Shown here piece by piece: positions 25,268-39,669 of a stretch of 64,000 bases of DNA (position 1 is the stretch's first letter; each line of letters starts with the position of its first letter). This DNA is from Octopus sinensis (lineage: Eukaryota): positions 18,786,001 through 18,850,000 of the forward strand of contig NC_043023.1 in the NCBI RefSeq assembly GCF_006345805.1. The letters are read 5' to 3'. The translations under genes and the position numbers were made by a program. The notes under the pieces were generated by a model. That model was given only the letters and a program-made list of their open reading frames with translations, made no database searches and was not told where the DNA came from.

Positions 25268-25951
25268 AAAATTATTTTTCGGATTCCTACGTTTTAGATG
25301 TCAGAGATTGCGAATATGCGAAAACAATCTACCCTTTCAAATTTCACCCGTTCTCCCTCCAATTTGATTTTGTTTACCTTAAAGAGATCGTTGCGAATTG
25401 ACGAAGATATGCAAATCGAAATTAAATAAACAATAAAGTGAAAAGAATGTGTTTCACGTAAATTCAGTAAGCATATAGATATGTAAGTTTTGACTGCTAT
25501 CTCTAGCATGGTAGTATCTCTCAGATACGTTTAATTATAATTTATATATAGATATGAATAAACGGATTGGGGGATACCTTAAAGAGATCGTTGCGATTTG
25601 ACGAACATATAAATCTCGTGATATCGCAGTTTTGTGAGATTTGGCTGTTATTTCTAGCATGTGGATGGCTAGCCGGCTTGAAGGTCAGAAGTTAAATAGA
25701 AGCAATAAAGTGTGTGTGCGTGCTTGTTCTTGTATGTGTGTGGACAAGAACAAGCACGCACACAACCATTAGCTTTCCCCTCCTCCTCCCACTCCGTCTC
25801 TCTCTTAAGATTAATAACGTTATCAAAAACAGCGGATTATTATACACCGAGGGAGAAACTAATAAATGCATGGGGTTGACTAGAAAGGATAAAAAAAAAG
25901 TAGACTTCGTGGGACACAGGAATAGAACAGAATGGGGACTTAGTAGACTCG

Positions 25952-26169
25952 GGTACTACTAGCAAACAGTGGCCCAGGTGCGCGCTAGCTAGTCGTAAGT
26001 AGTCGATCCTACAACGACTTCCGCTTGTGTTTGTATTTCAAGGCTGAATACATATCAAAGGAAATTTATCGAGCAAAGTAAATAATTTATTTACTTAGTT
26101 GTAGGATCGACTACTTATGACTAGCTAGCGTGGATGCGCGCACCGGGACCACTGTTCGCTAATAGTACC
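25952..26169. mobile_element. GC-rich hairpin/TIR element, copy b
   Basis: GGTACTAC...TAGTACC termini with ~65-bp inverted arms and an AT-rich centre. Confidence 0.75.
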
Positions 26170-26286
26170 CCGGAAAATATGGTTAAGTTCGCTGGCTGGT
26201 CGAGGGAAAAATTAATAAATGCACGGTGTTGACTAGAAAGGATAAAAAAGTAGCAGACTTCGCGACACGGGGACTTAGTAGACTCG

Positions 26287-26855
26287 GGTACTACTAGCAA
26301 ACAGTGGTCCCAGTACGCTAGTTAGTCGTAAGTAGTCGATCCTGCAACGACTTATGTTTGTATTCCAAGGCTGAATACAAAAAAAAAAATTAAATATTTT
26401 CCGAGCAGAGTAAATTTGTTAAAACGATGTATATAAATTTTTTACACAAATTAAATACTATTCGAACAAATTAAATAACTTTTAAAAATATTTTTATAAA
26501 CAAAGGTTAGGGCTAAAATTTGTGAGATCGACTACTTACAATTTCTTTACTACCCATAAGGGTTTAGTTAGACGGGGACAATACAATGATTTGGGGGTCA
26601 TGTGGGTGAAATGGAACTATTCATGGATAATTTACAATGAAATTGAACAAGAACAAACAAAAAGGGACAAATTAAGTCAAAAGAACAGGATAGCCGACCC
26701 CACGAGCCTTTTGGTAAGGGATCACGGCGTGTTCATGCAAGGCATTTCACCCTAGCATCTGTCTTTTTTTGAATAGACACATTTTCTCTAGCCCTACCAC
26801 TTACGAGTAGCTAGCGCGGAGGCGCGCACCGGGACCACTGTTCGCTAGTAGTACC
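26287..26855. mobile_element. GC-rich hairpin/TIR element, copy c, with ~250-bp insertion
   Basis: Same termini; right arm interrupted at ~26540-26795. Confidence 0.7.
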
Positions 26856-27026
26856 CCCGGAAAATATGGTAAGTTCGCTCCCAGGACGAGGGAAAAATTA
26901 ATAAATGCACGTTGTTGACACACGAATAGAACAGAATGGTGACTTAGGACTCTTTATCTGGTGAAAAACGCACTAAAATCGCAGATCAATAGAAAATCGA
27001 AAGTTGGAAATCATGAAAATATAGGT

Positions 27027-27042
27027 GGCCCTTAAAAGGACC
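27027..27042 (-). promoter_or_regulatory. Histone 3' stem-loop (H2B)
   Basis: Minus strand GGTCCTTTTAAGGGCC. Confidence 0.9.
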
Positions 27043-27064
27043 GTTTTTTGGAGAAAAGCAAGAT

Positions 27065-27442
27065 TTACTTGCTGCTGGTGTATTTGGTAACAGCCTTGGT
27101 CCCTTCAGAGACGGCGTGTTTAGCCAACTCACCAGGGAGAAGCAGACGGACAGCAGTCTGCACCTCACGGCTACTGATGGTCGAACGTTTGTTGTAGTGA
27201 GCCAAACGGCTGGATTCAGAAGCGATTCTTTCGAACAAATCGTTGACGAAACTGTTCATGATGGACATAGCTTTGCTGGAGATGCCAGTGTCGGGGTGGA
27301 CTTGTTTCATTACTTTGTAGATGTAGATGGAATAACTTTCCTTCCTCTTCTTCTTGCGCTTCTTTTCTCCTGCGGGACGGGAAGCTTTGGCCTTGGAAGC
27401 CTTCTTGGCTCCTTTCGAAGCGGTGGCTGGTGCTGGTGGCAT
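27065..27442 (-). CDS. H2B: Histone H2B (replication-dependent type)
   Basis: 125-aa intronless ORF with [26 protein letters not shown]...TKYTSSK; TATAAA at 27486-91 and CCAAT at 27548-52. Confidence 0.97.
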   Translation of the reverse strand: MPPAPATASKGAKKASKAKASRPAGEKKRKKKRKESYSIYIYKVMKQVHPDTGISSKAMSIMNSFVNDLFERIASESSRLAHYNKRSTISSREVQTAVRLLLPGELAKHAVSEGTKAVTKYTSSK

Positions 27443-27694
27443 GATGTCACTGGCGAACGATGTTGCTATCCCTGAATCTCCTCTATTTATAGCTGTCAGG
27501 TAGGCTCAGCAGATGGACATTTTTGTAAATTCGCGCCGTTCATTTTCATTGGTTAGAATTTGACAACTGTGTCACGTGACAAAAGCCCGCTAATTTTCAC
27601 CTGCTTCTCGACTGCTGGAGCCGAGGGGGCAGTATTTAACGGCGAAAAGCCCTCGCTTCGCTGTTTTTTTGCAAACTATAATCGAACTCTGAAA

Positions 27695-28072
27695 ATGTCT
27701 GGACGTGGTAAAGGAGGAAAAGTGAAGGGAAAGAGCAAGACCCGTTCATCCCGTGCTGGACTTCAGTTCCCTGTCGGTCGTATCCACCGTCTTCTCCGTA
27801 AGGGAAACTATGCCCAACGTGTTGGTGCCGGAGCCCCAGTCTACCTGGCTGCTGTTATGGAATATTTGGCTGCCGAAGTGTTGGAATTGGCAGGAAATGC
27901 TGCCAGAGACAACAAGAAATCCAGAATCATTCCCCGTCATTTGCAGTTGGCCATCCGTAACGACGAGGAGTTGAACAAACTTTTGTCCGGAGTGACCATC
28001 GCCCAGGGTGGTGTCCTTCCCAACATCCAGGCTGTTCTTCTCCCCAAGAAGACCCAGAAGGCTTCCAAGTAA
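27695..28072 (+). CDS. H2A: Histone H2A (replication-dependent type)
   Basis: [32 protein letters not shown]...[11 protein letters not shown]. The true ATG is at 27695, not the upstream TTG of the ORF track. Confidence 0.97.
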   Translation: MSGRGKGGKVKGKSKTRSSRAGLQFPVGRIHRLLRKGNYAQRVGAGAPVYLAAVMEYLAAEVLELAGNAARDNKKSRIIPRHLQLAIRNDEELNKLLSGVTIAQGGVLPNIQAVLLPKKTQKASK

Positions 28073-28106
28073 GCGCTTTCGCTGATGGCGTTTGCCTTCG
28101 TCCAAC

Positions 28107-28122
28107 GGCCCTTTTCAGGGCC
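28107..28122 (+). promoter_or_regulatory. Histone 3' stem-loop (H2A)
   Basis: GGCCCTTTTCAGGGCC. Confidence 0.95.
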
Positions 28123-28609
28123 CCTAATTTTCTGCACATAGTCTCCTTGCCGGTTGTATTTGCGATTCTTTTTAAGTATACATGGGTAATTTATGTAGGC
28201 GCACTTGCAGTTTTCTTATTTTTTGTTCCGTCTGGATTTTCCTAAATCTTTTGTCACAGCGCGGAGAAGACCTGCTTTTCGCACAGCGGCCACCCGTGAA
28301 TTTCTGTTTAGGATGCCAGCATGAATTGGACTCTCCATCTGTAATAGATTTTACCAATATTTTGTTCCTCACGGTGTTAGATATGATGGGAGGACGATTT
28401 TGATGAAAATTTGCAATATTTTTTTCTCTCCACCGGACCACTTTAGGCCTATTTTGAGGTGGGGGAACGAGGCTTTTCGGATAAAGGTTTGTGGTGGTCA
28501 CTCGCATATTGATGTTTTACAGCCGAACTCACGCGTGGTCCATTACTGGGATTTAAGATGATTGAAACATCTAAGAAAATACTATTACAGGAAGCATTTT
28601 ACATATCCC

Positions 28610-28858
28610 GGTATTGCTAACGAACAGTGGTCCCGGTGCGAAAAATAATTTTCTTTTATATGTATGTACAGCATACATATAAAAGAAAATTATTTTTCGA
28701 ACAAAGTAAATAAATTGTTTTTATAAACAATGTATATAATTTTTTTACACAAAGTAAATAATTTTGTAAGCTAAGTAAATAAATTATTTTTAGGGTTAAA
28801 AAATTAGGATCGACTACTAGCTAGCGCGTAACCGGGATCACTGTTCGCTAGTAGTACC
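28610..28858. mobile_element. GC-rich hairpin/TIR element, copy d, with candidate 8-bp target duplication CATATCCC
   Basis: catatccc at 28602-09 and 28860-67 flanks ggtattgc...gtagtacc. Confidence 0.65.
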
Positions 28859-31800
28859 CCATATCCCTTATGAGTCACTAGGATGACTCGCAGCATTGAC
28901 CTCTCCGATATTTTTAACATTATGAATAATGGATGGGGGTGAAAAAATTAGATTTTTAAAATTTTAAGTGTAGATGTATCGAAATTTACCTAAAAATATT
29001 GATCAATGTAAATAAAAGACTATTGAAAGTTCTAAAACAATTTGGGCAAAGGAACGAGGGAGATGGCTTTCGAGAAATTCACACGATCCGATTTTTCCCT
29101 GGTGTCGTCTTTTCACGAAAGTTTATACAAATACCTTTCAAACAGCAAAAGAATTTTGAGGAAATCTTTTTCCAGCGGATAGGGAGAACAGTTTCGGATC
29201 AGGAAGACCACAAGTTATATATTTTTCAATTCCCGCCTTCCGGACCGATTTTTGTTTTTTTTTTGTTTTTAAATACTTTTCGGTAAAAGAAAAAAAATGT
29301 AAATATTTTCAGAGGAAAAAGTGTGATTTAAGGGAGATTTGGCTATCATCGTTTCTAGCACATCCTAGAACAATCCTCGCACGTATACTTTTCAATTTTT
29401 TTCTCCCCATAAACACATTTATGCTGTAAGATAAGAAATAGATTTCCACGGCTGTGATGAAAAACAATTGGAAAATCCCCCGTTAAAACAGAAATTCCGA
29501 CTTACGTAGTTTTCTTGATCCGAAACACGTCTCCCCACTCGAGTTGTAAAAACTTTTCTCTTACAAATTTCATTATAATCGTAACCTATGCCGTTTGAAA
29601 AACAAACTTTCATTGAAAGGATATCTAACATATTTTCCTGAATGGGGAAAATCGGATCGTGTGAATTTTCCGAAGATCCTCTCCCCACCCACCCCTGTTC
29701 GTTTGCACAAATTTTTCATATACGTTTTCTACACTTTTCTAAAACTTATTAGACTGGGATTTCTTTCAACCAAATTTTGAAATGCATGTATGTAATTTCT
29801 TTATTATCCATACGGATTAACACAGATGGGGACAATACAATGTTTGGGGTTAACATGGGACTTTTTACAATAAAATCGGGTAGGGTTATTTACAATGAAA
29901 ATTAAATAAGGACAAATAAACAAATGAAGATAAAAGAACAGGATAGCCGACCCCGTGTCAATGAAGCAGGAGTGGTCATGGGAAGTGCTAGAAATAACAG
30001 CCAAATCTGAAGATTTATGATTTTCTTCAGCCCTACTCTGTCTGCCCCTGATTGTTTCTGTTTGTTATAAGAGGAGAGCCTGGTGTCATTTCTTGCATTT
30101 ATCCACTGATTTTTAATAAAAATAGGTAAGCACATAAATATGCAGAATACGTACATACAGATGCACACACATACACATGCATGTATAGGCACACACACAC
30201 ACACTGACCCACACACAGGTGCACAAACAAACAAAAGGGAGCGCAGTGTAAATAACGGACAGAGTCAAAAACTATGAAAAGGTTTGCAAGATGCAACGAA
30301 AATTTAGGAAAATAAAATAAGGAATAAGTGGAAATTTTACCGGTGTGTTAAATTATAAGGCGCAAAAAGAAAATGACTCTCCCCAGACACAACAGAATAT
30401 GCTTCAACACACGAACTCACATAAAGAATCTTGCAAACCAAATCCCAAAACGAAATGTATAAAGCATGATTATTTAAAAAGTTTAAAATATCTTACGATC
30501 AGTTCATGAATGTATTACCTTCGAAATTTTATGATATATATATATATATATAGATAGATATAAGGCACAAAAAGAAAATGACTCTCCCCAGACACAACAG
30601 AATATGCTTCAACACACGAACTCGTATAAAGAATCTTGCAAACCAAATCCAAAAACGAAATATGTAAAGAGATAATTTTAAATAGCGAACTTTCTGTTAG
30701 AAAATGTTTTCTTAGACACACACACGGCCTTTTTTGTTGTTGATGCTTATATAACCAATGGATCATCCGTGTGGTGCAATTAGTATCATCAAGGTGGGGG
30801 AAAAATAAAAATTTTCCCAAACCGTTTTTTCATAAAACGACATTTCGACGGCTGTGGTGAAAAACAAATGGAAATCCCCAAACTTTTCTCCTATTTTCCT
30901 GAATGTTATGAGGGAAAAATCGGATCGTGAGAATTATCCGAAGGTTCTCTCCCCACCGTTCGTTTGCACAAATTTCTCATATTCGTTTTCTACACATTTA
31001 AAACAGACTGGGATTTCTTTCGACCAAATTTTGAAATACATGTATGTGTCAATGAAACAGGAGTGGTCATGGAAAGTGCTAGAAATAACAGCCAAATCTC
31101 TCCCGGTTCTGCAATGTACCACACGTGTGCTACCTCCTTATGTGCTTTATGGGAAGAAAGTTACGGAAAAAAATCAATACACCTGACAAAGAAATTAAGA
31201 TGTGCTAGAAACAACAGCCAAATTGCCCTTAACTCACACACCTTTTCGTTTGAAAATATCTACACTTTTTTCTAAGCGAAAAGGCTTCTCATAGTTAAAG
31301 TACGTAGTGCCGAATAAATTGGAATGAATAAGTTTAAAGCTTCGCTAATCACAACAGAAGTAAATTCACGAGGGACGAACATTGGCTACGAAAAAATATC
31401 AAATCTCGGATCTTTTCGGTTTGAACGGCAGTTTTTTCTAGCGATGTCAGGGTTCATTTCCCACGTCTATACTTAACTACCTGTGTAATACCTTGTAGTG
31501 ATATCTTAAATATTTCAGGTACACCGTTTGGATCTTTTCGGTTTGAACGGCAGTTTTTTCTAGTGGTGTCATATGAAATTGTCACCCGTGGAGGGAAGGG
31601 TATTCTTTTTTTTCAGAAATGTAAATAGACCCAATCTGTTTCTTAAACGAATATATAATAGAGAAATTAAACGAGGGACATATTCATACGGCACGTAATC
31701 TTTCATTTACTTTCTAGTTTCAGCTCAGAGCTGCGGCCATGCTGATGCACCGCCGTAATGTTTTTTTACCTCAATAGACGTCAGTGATTAGTTGAAATTG

Positions 31801-32091
31801 CAGAAATTGAAAAAAAAAAAACAACAAATATCTTACAAACCATAGAATTTTCTTAATAAAGCCAAGAGAAAAAGATGTTTTATAAACACATTCTACCAGT
31901 ATACGAAGTTTAAAACTCTTTAGTTACCTAGAAATTATGTTAAAAACTGCCGTTCAAACCGAAAAGATCCAAAATATCTAATGCACAGCTTCAGAACAAA
32001 GTATCAAAGACATTTCGAATAAACAATTCACGAGACGAGAACACAAAAACATACCATCTTAAGGGTTAGCAGAACTTTACGAAAAAATTTA

Positions 32092-32601
<510 letters not shown>

Positions 32602-32831
32602 TTATATAGACCTTGTGGCGGGCTAAATTTTTATCTACAAACAAAATTAAGCGCCGAAATCTTGACACAAAGACGAAGCCCCAAACAGCAGCTGCTGCTG
32701 AACGCATTGATGTGATTCACTGATTTAGACACGTGATGTCTAAGTTGCGGTGTTCTCTGCTACGTCTGCGTGCTGTGTATATATACTTGCTACCGAAGCG
32801 ATACGTTAGTCATTAATCTGATATTCAAAAC

Positions 32832-33140
<309 letters not shown>

Positions 33141-33188
33141 ACTGTGCAAGTTTTTCTAACTTCGTGGTCGTGAGTAGCGACGAATCCC

Positions 33189-33204
33189 GGCCCTTTTCAG
33201 GGCC
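33189..33204 (+). promoter_or_regulatory. Histone 3' stem-loop (H4)
   Basis: GGCCCTTTTCAGGGCC; a variant duplicate lies at 33439-33454. Confidence 0.95.
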
Positions 33205-33792
33205 ACTCATATCTTAATGTAAGCCATCTCGCCTCTCTGATATGCTTAAACCAAAATGTTTGAATTCCAGCTTCCTTTTCAAAGGGATCTTTTTTATCCC
33301 TTTCATTAAGCCCCTCGGCATATCTTAATTAGATCGTAATATCGGATATTGAAGGACGGTGCACCAGGACAACATTTATGCTAGAAATAACAGCAAAATA
33401 CGGATGTAACTTCATGGTCGTGAGTAGCGACAGATCTCAGCCCTTTTCAGGGCTACTCATATTTTAATTTCATTGCATAATTCCATTTCATTCACATGAC
33501 CCCAGAACATGTTGTATTGTCCCTATCTGTAAATCCTTATGGGTAATAAAGAAATTCCCTCTTGTTAATATAAGCCATCCCGTTTCACCGATATGCTTCA
33601 ATAGATTTAGTTTGGATTTCTTGTGAAATTAAGATGTTCATTTTTTTTTTTTTTTTTCTCGAAAGTTACAAAAAAATATGAATACAGAAATAACATCAAA
33701 CTCTTTTGAAAAGAGAAAAGTAAAAGTAGCAGAAGAAATCCTTCTCGCCGTGCTGAAAGCAGCCAAATCAACCACGAACCAAATTATACCTA

Positions 33793-34019
33793 GGTACTAC
33801 TTAAGAACAGTGGTCACGGTGCGCGCACTCGCGTACTTGCGCTAGCTAGTCGATCCTTACCTTGTATTTTTGTTTTATTTACTTTGTTTAAAAAAATTTT
33901 GTGTAAAAAAAATATTGATTTTGTTTTATTTACTTTGCTAGGTAATCGTTTTAAGATCGACTAGTCACGAGTGGCTAGCGCGAGTGCGCGCACCGGGACC
34001 AATGTTCTTATGTAGTACC
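33793..34019. mobile_element. GC-rich hairpin/TIR element, copy e
   Basis: ggtactac...gtagtacc; inverted symmetry extends a further 12 bp (aaattataccta / taggtataattt). Confidence 0.75.
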
Positions 34020-34231
34020 TAGGTATAATTTAGAACAAGACGAAATTAAAATTATCAAAGCAGTTTTGGTATTTGAGTTATCTCCCTTACACTGCTATCG
34101 CGACAATGAAATCTAATTTTATGACGATATATAACCGGGTGGTTGCATTTTGCTAATTTTGGGGTTTTGTAAAATATATAAATATTTAAATATCATAATA
34201 ATAAGTAGCTTAATGGTGTATATATTTGATT

Positions 34232-34425
34232 AAGGCGGCGAGCTGGCAGAAACGTTAGCACGTCGGACGAATTGCGTATCCGTATTTCGTCTGCCGTTAC
34301 GTTCTGAGTTCAAATTCCGCCGAGGTCGACTTTTCATTTCATCCTTTCGGGGTCGATTAAATATTAAATTAAGTACCAGTTACGCACTGGGGTCGATGTG
34401 ATCGACTTTAATCCCTTAAAGAAAT
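34232..34425 (+). mobile_element. tRNA-derived SINE (same family as 2649-3064)
   Basis: Head and core present, tail truncated. Confidence 0.8.
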
Positions 34426-34549
34426 AGATACATAACCGGGTGGATACGTTTTGCTTTTTTTGGCTTTTGTAGCTTAATGGTATATATATTAATATTTGAT
34501 TTGAGTATAGAATAGGTTAATTTTATTGTTTTGTGATTAATAATTTATT

Positions 34550-34794
34550 TGGTTGTATAACTGTCAACATAACGTGACAGTCCCGTAAGGGAATTACCTC
34601 ACCGCTGTTTAGCCCTAGGAAGCATCGGCGCTTCCTGTCGGCTTTGACACATTTCCTGTGTCCGTATATTGGGGAGAGGGGAGGCAAGCACCCCCACCAG
34701 CTAGGAATCCTAGCGTCGATGCTTCCTAGGGCTAAACAGCGGTGGTGTAATTCCCTTACGGGACTGTCACGTTAAGTTGACAGTTATACAACCA
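34550..34794. mobile_element. GC-rich MITE-like element with ~82-bp inverted arms
   Basis: tggttgtataactgtcaac...gaagcatcggcgct versus agcgtcgatgcttcc...gttgacagttatacaacca. Confidence 0.75.
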
Positions 34795-35113
34795 CTTTTT
34801 CCACCGGGTGCGGATCTAGATATTAACCACCACTTTACCGCTCATGTCTCTTTGAGACATTTAGAAATTCAATATTTCTAAAATGATATATTTGTTATGT
34901 TTATATGTTACCAGCGTTGCTCGGGTTTGTTTTGACCCTTTAGAATTGGAATTTTTGAGAAGTAAACATTTTGCATTGTGTAGCAATGGTTGAAATACAC
35001 CGAAAAATGGTGACACAGCAGTAAAAAAATCGTAAAAAAACAAGATTTTCACAAAAAACAAGCACCTGTTTGATGTAACGTTTCTGCCAGCTCACCGCCC
35101 TCCCCCGTGGTAA

Positions 35114-35464
35114 TACCTATTTATTTACTACCCACAAGGGGCTAAACATAGAGAGGACAGACAAACGGATTAAGTCGATTATATCGACCCCAGTGCGTAA
35201 CTAGTACTTATTTAATCGACCCCGAAAGGATGAAAGGCAAAGTCGACCTCGGTGGAATTTGAACTCAGAACGTAACGGCAGACGGAATGCCTATTTCTTT
35301 ACTACTCACAAGGGGCTAAACACAGAGGGGACAGACAAACGGATTAAGTCGATTACATCGACCCCAGTGCGTAACTGGTACTTAATTTATCGACCCCGAA
35401 AGGATTAAAGGCAAAGTCGACCTCGGCGGAATTTGAACTCAGAACGTAACGGTAGACGAAATAC
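35114..35464 (-). mobile_element. Tandem SINE 3' modules (same family as 2649-3064)
   Basis: Two consecutive ~175-bp modules. Confidence 0.75.
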
Positions 35465-35973
35465 ACTTTTTTTTGGTCATATTCGTTTAGAGGAAGTTGT
35501 TTTACACATATTACACTTTTTTTTTATGACCGGGTCAAACGCTTCAGTTTGACCTGGAAGTTTTAGAATCTATGGGTTGGAATAGGCTTAATTCTTTTTA
35601 ATAATCGTATGATTTCCCGTGTGTAGAATATAAATTCGTTAGAATATTCTGGAAAGCTCAAAAAAAAAAAAAAAAAAAAATTATGAGTAGCTGGTTACAT
35701 GGGGTACTTAAACCAGTAAGAAATAATCGATAGGAAGGGACGATAAGGATATCCCCATGAGTTAAGGAAAGGACAAGTTGAAACCCCTTTATTTCATTAA
35801 CAGAATCGCTTCATTTGCCACGTCTACACTGAACTACCTGTGTAATACCTTCTAGTGGTACCTGAAATATTTCAGAAATAGCAGCTCAGGTACACCGTTC
35901 CAACGAACAACACAAACGTGAAGGCAAGTCGGTGGATTGTCTGTCGACGAATGAGGGCCATCACGGTTAGATA

Positions 35974-36138
35974 TGGCTGTGTGGTAAGTAGCTTGTTTAC
36001 CAACCACATGGTTCCGGGTTCAGTCCCACTGCGTGGCACCTTGGGCAAGTAAGTGTCTTCTGCTATAGCCTCGGGCCGACCAAGGCCTTGTGAGTGGATT
36101 TGGTAGACGGAAACTGAAAGAAGCCCGTCGTATATATG

Positions 36139-36184
<46 letters not shown>

Positions 36185-36185
36185 A

Positions 36186-36228
<43 letters not shown>

Positions 36229-36430
36229 TGTGTGTGTCTGTTTGTCCCCCTAGCATTGCTTGACAACCGATGCTGGTGTGTTTATGTCCCCGTTACTCAG
36301 CGGTTCGGCAAAAGAGATCCATAGGATAAGTACTGGGCTTACAAAAGAATAAGTCCCGGGGTCGATTTGCTCGACTAAAGGCGGTGCTCCAGCATGGCCG
36401 CAGTCAAATGACTGAAACAAGTAACAGAGT
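35974..36430 (+). mobile_element. CORE-type SINE
   Basis: Full-length copy with expanded internal (TA)n. Confidence 0.85.
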
Positions 36431-37684
36431 AATGTAATAATCCTTTATGGCTAAATATTATACAATTAAGCGATCACATTGTAATTTATCCATTACTATA
36501 CTTAAGTAAATACTGCGAAAGCTATGTATTTAATATTAATTTTATTATACAATCAGTTAATTAATTAAATCAGTCGTTAATTGCCAATAAAGGGATCCCA
36601 AATTTGCATATGTTGCTTATTGCTGTTTATAATCGCCAAGTCATTGTTTTTTTATCTTGTATTTCATCGTGAGTAGAATGTAAAAAAACCTGACACCGAA
36701 GAAACGAAACGTACTTGTTTTCTGCTATGTGTCGCCTAGATATCACATTCTTTGTACGTTTTCTTTCGAGAAATACATCCGATGTATGAACGATACTTCA
36801 TCTTCTTTCATTTTCAGAAACATTTATAACTAAATAAATACTCGATTCTTCTTTAGTATCTCACCACACGCGAGGCTACTAATTTGTATTGTACCTCACG
36901 ACACGGTACTGTAGCTATCAGGCATAGACAATTTCAAAATACCATTATGTTTGTACATAAAATAAAACTTAAAAATTACTGCTACATTTAACAACGTATT
37001 TTTTATATTGCAGATGAGATTTTTATAGCAATAAAACATACATTCATCTAGTAACGTAGATTAAAAAAATAAAAATTACGCTTCGCCGTTTATGTTTCCG
37101 AGTCAGTTTTTATAAATTTCTGTTGCCAGAGATCAGTGGTGGTTGATTCACAGTGGTGTGTAGCAAGGACGTTTGGTTTTAATTGAAGATATTTTACTGT
37201 AAATACGGGTTTATTTAGCAATTAACAGGTAAGATCTATTTAATATATGTTATTTAATACAATTAAGGTGAACATCGGTAATTGAAAACCCCTTTTATAT
37301 TGCTAAACAACGATCGATATTAATTTAATTGCCAAGCACTAATTGTCTGAAATTAATAATTAAACGGAATTAATAATATTAATCAGGGTAATTTTTATTC
37401 TAGGTCATTCTCCGATCTACTTTCTCTGATTGTATAGAAATCCAGGGTAAACCTACATTTTCTCTTAATGAACCTGCAATGATAGAATAGTAAATACTTT
37501 TAGGGCGTTTTCTGCTTAATTGGATATTAATTAACACAGACCCCGGTGTGACCCCAAACCCCGACTGTCATCGCATTCAGCTCTTTTGCCTTGATAAATA
37601 TTCTCGCTACGAGTAAATTGTAGTTAGTATAAAAGATACAAATAAAAATATACTTTAGAAACAAAATGATTATTATAAAACTAC

Positions 37685-38455
37685 ACGATCGTTAGATTAA
37701 GATGGTAATCGTGTAGCATAGAGTCGGAAATAACCCATTGCCCCCGCCGACCCGCAATTTTTCAGGTTTCTACGTCTTTAAATATCGGAGGGTACTACTT
37801 AAGAGTGGGCCCGGTGCGCGCACTCACGTCCTCGCGCTAGCTAGTCGTGACTAGTCGATCCTGACTTTGCGTTTTTGTTTTATTTACTTGTTTAAAAAAA
37901 TCATTTACTTTGTGTAAAAAAATATTTATTTTGTATTTTATTTACTTTCCTGGGTAGGCGTTGTAGGATCGATCAGTCACGACTAGCTAGCGTGGATACG
38001 CGAGTGCGCGCACCGGGACCACTCTTCTTAAGTAGTACCAACGATCGTTAGAATAAAATGGTAATCCTGCAGAATAGAGTCGGAAATAACCTATTGCCTC
38101 GCTGACCCGTAATTTATTCAGATTTCGGTACTATAAGAGTGGTCCCGGTGCACGCACTCGCGCATCCGCGCTAGCTAGTCGTGACTAGTCGATCCTTACT
38201 TTGTGTTTTTGTTTTATTTACTTTGTTTTAAAAAATTATTTATTCTGTGTTAAAAAAATTATTTATTTTGTGTTTTATTTACTTGCTAGGAAGTCGTAGG
38301 ATCGATTAGTCACGACTAGCTAGCGTAGATGCGCGCACCGGGACCACTCTTCTTAAATAGTACCAACGATCGTTAGAATAAAATGGTAATCCTGCAGAAT
38401 AGAGTCGGAAATAACCTATTGCTCCGTCAGATTTCTATGTCTTAAACATCGGAGA
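37685..38455. repeat. Tandem ~330-bp units, each containing the GC-rich hairpin element (copies f 37791-38039 and g 38127-38364)
   Basis: Spacer acgatcgttag...gagtcggaaataacc occurs three times. Confidence 0.75.
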
Positions 38456-39669
38456 TTTCGATTATGTGTAACAAGAAAATTTTTTGAAATTCGATTTATT
38501 TAAATTTTTGCTCCACTTCCTTTCGGTAATTTTTCATTTTCTGTGACTTTGCTTCACTCTTTTTCCGAAATCCTTTCCAGTTGTACACTTGTTTTAGACC
38601 GTGGTTGTTACGATTTCAGAAAAAAATTAATTTTGCAATAACTTTATCGATGGAGTTTCGAATTAAAACGCCCACAAGTAAGTTGGATTTTCTCCGTTTT
38701 GACGGGGATTTTTCAAATTGTATTTCATTTCCCTACAGCCTTCGAAATGAGAGGGCATTTTTGTATGAAAATAAGTTTTTGAAAATTTAGTAGGTTTCTT
38801 TTTGTATGAAAATAAGTTTTTGAAAATTTAGTAGGTTTCTTTGTCACCTTCCTCCGCTAACCACAACCACCCGGAACGATTTTGGACACTTTTTTAGGGG
38901 AACTACACACTTAGAAACCATGGCAAGACTTCTGCCCGTCTCCTTCCCCACCCCCCAAAAAACACCCTTTAAAAATCTTTTTTTTTTTGGACACAACCCC
39001 GCCCAATTTTCGGCTACGGGGAATAAGAATCTGCAAAAAGATTGGCAAAAATCGGTATTTTTAAATTACTATCCCCACCCCCTTTTTCACTTTTTTCACA
39101 ATTTTTTTTTTCAAAATATGTGGAAAAATACGGAGATTATAATTCTGAAAAAAACATTTCCAAAAGTTTTGGTAAAATTTCTTTTTAAGAATTTTGTTTT
39201 TTCTAAATATGCGGAAAAATACGGACATTATGATTTGGACAAAAATTTCAAAACATTTCTGTACATTATTTGTTATAAAAAGTTAGGGTTAGGGTTAGTG
39301 TTGGTGAAAACAGTCAAAACTGAAGAATTTGGGATGGGGGGGGGGGAAGGGGGGAAAAATTTCACAATGTCGTTTTTTGGCAATTTTCTGGAACATCCGT
39401 ATCCGAAAACGGGGACTTTTGGCAAAAAAAAAAAAAATAAAATAAAATAAAGGCAGTGCTCCAGCATAGTCGCAGTCAAATGACTGAAACAGATAAAAGA
39501 ATATTCAGACGAAAATGTGTGATTTTAGAAAGATTTGGCTGTCATTTCTAGCACATCTCACGACCACCTTCTCATTTCTTTGTCACTGACGTATTAATAT
39601 ATTTTAATATTTTAGGTGTATCATGACAATAGTGGCAGTATTTACTGTGATTACACACACACACACATA

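Noticed and set aside
25375-25620. Duplicated ~40-bp motif accttaaagagatcgttgcga, one copy with octamer ATGCAAAT
   Set aside because: No adjacent snRNA or gene could be recognised, and it is too far from H2B to call regulatory.
27560-27694. N-terminal extension of H2A
   Set aside because: The TTG start lies in the bidirectional promoter; the canonical MSGRGK start is at 27695.
38500-39460. 176-aa ORF and TTAGGG-like run at ~39284-39298
   Set aside because: Homopolymer-rich, apparently low-quality sequence resembling scrambled histone-spacer repeats; under three telomere units is not meaningful.
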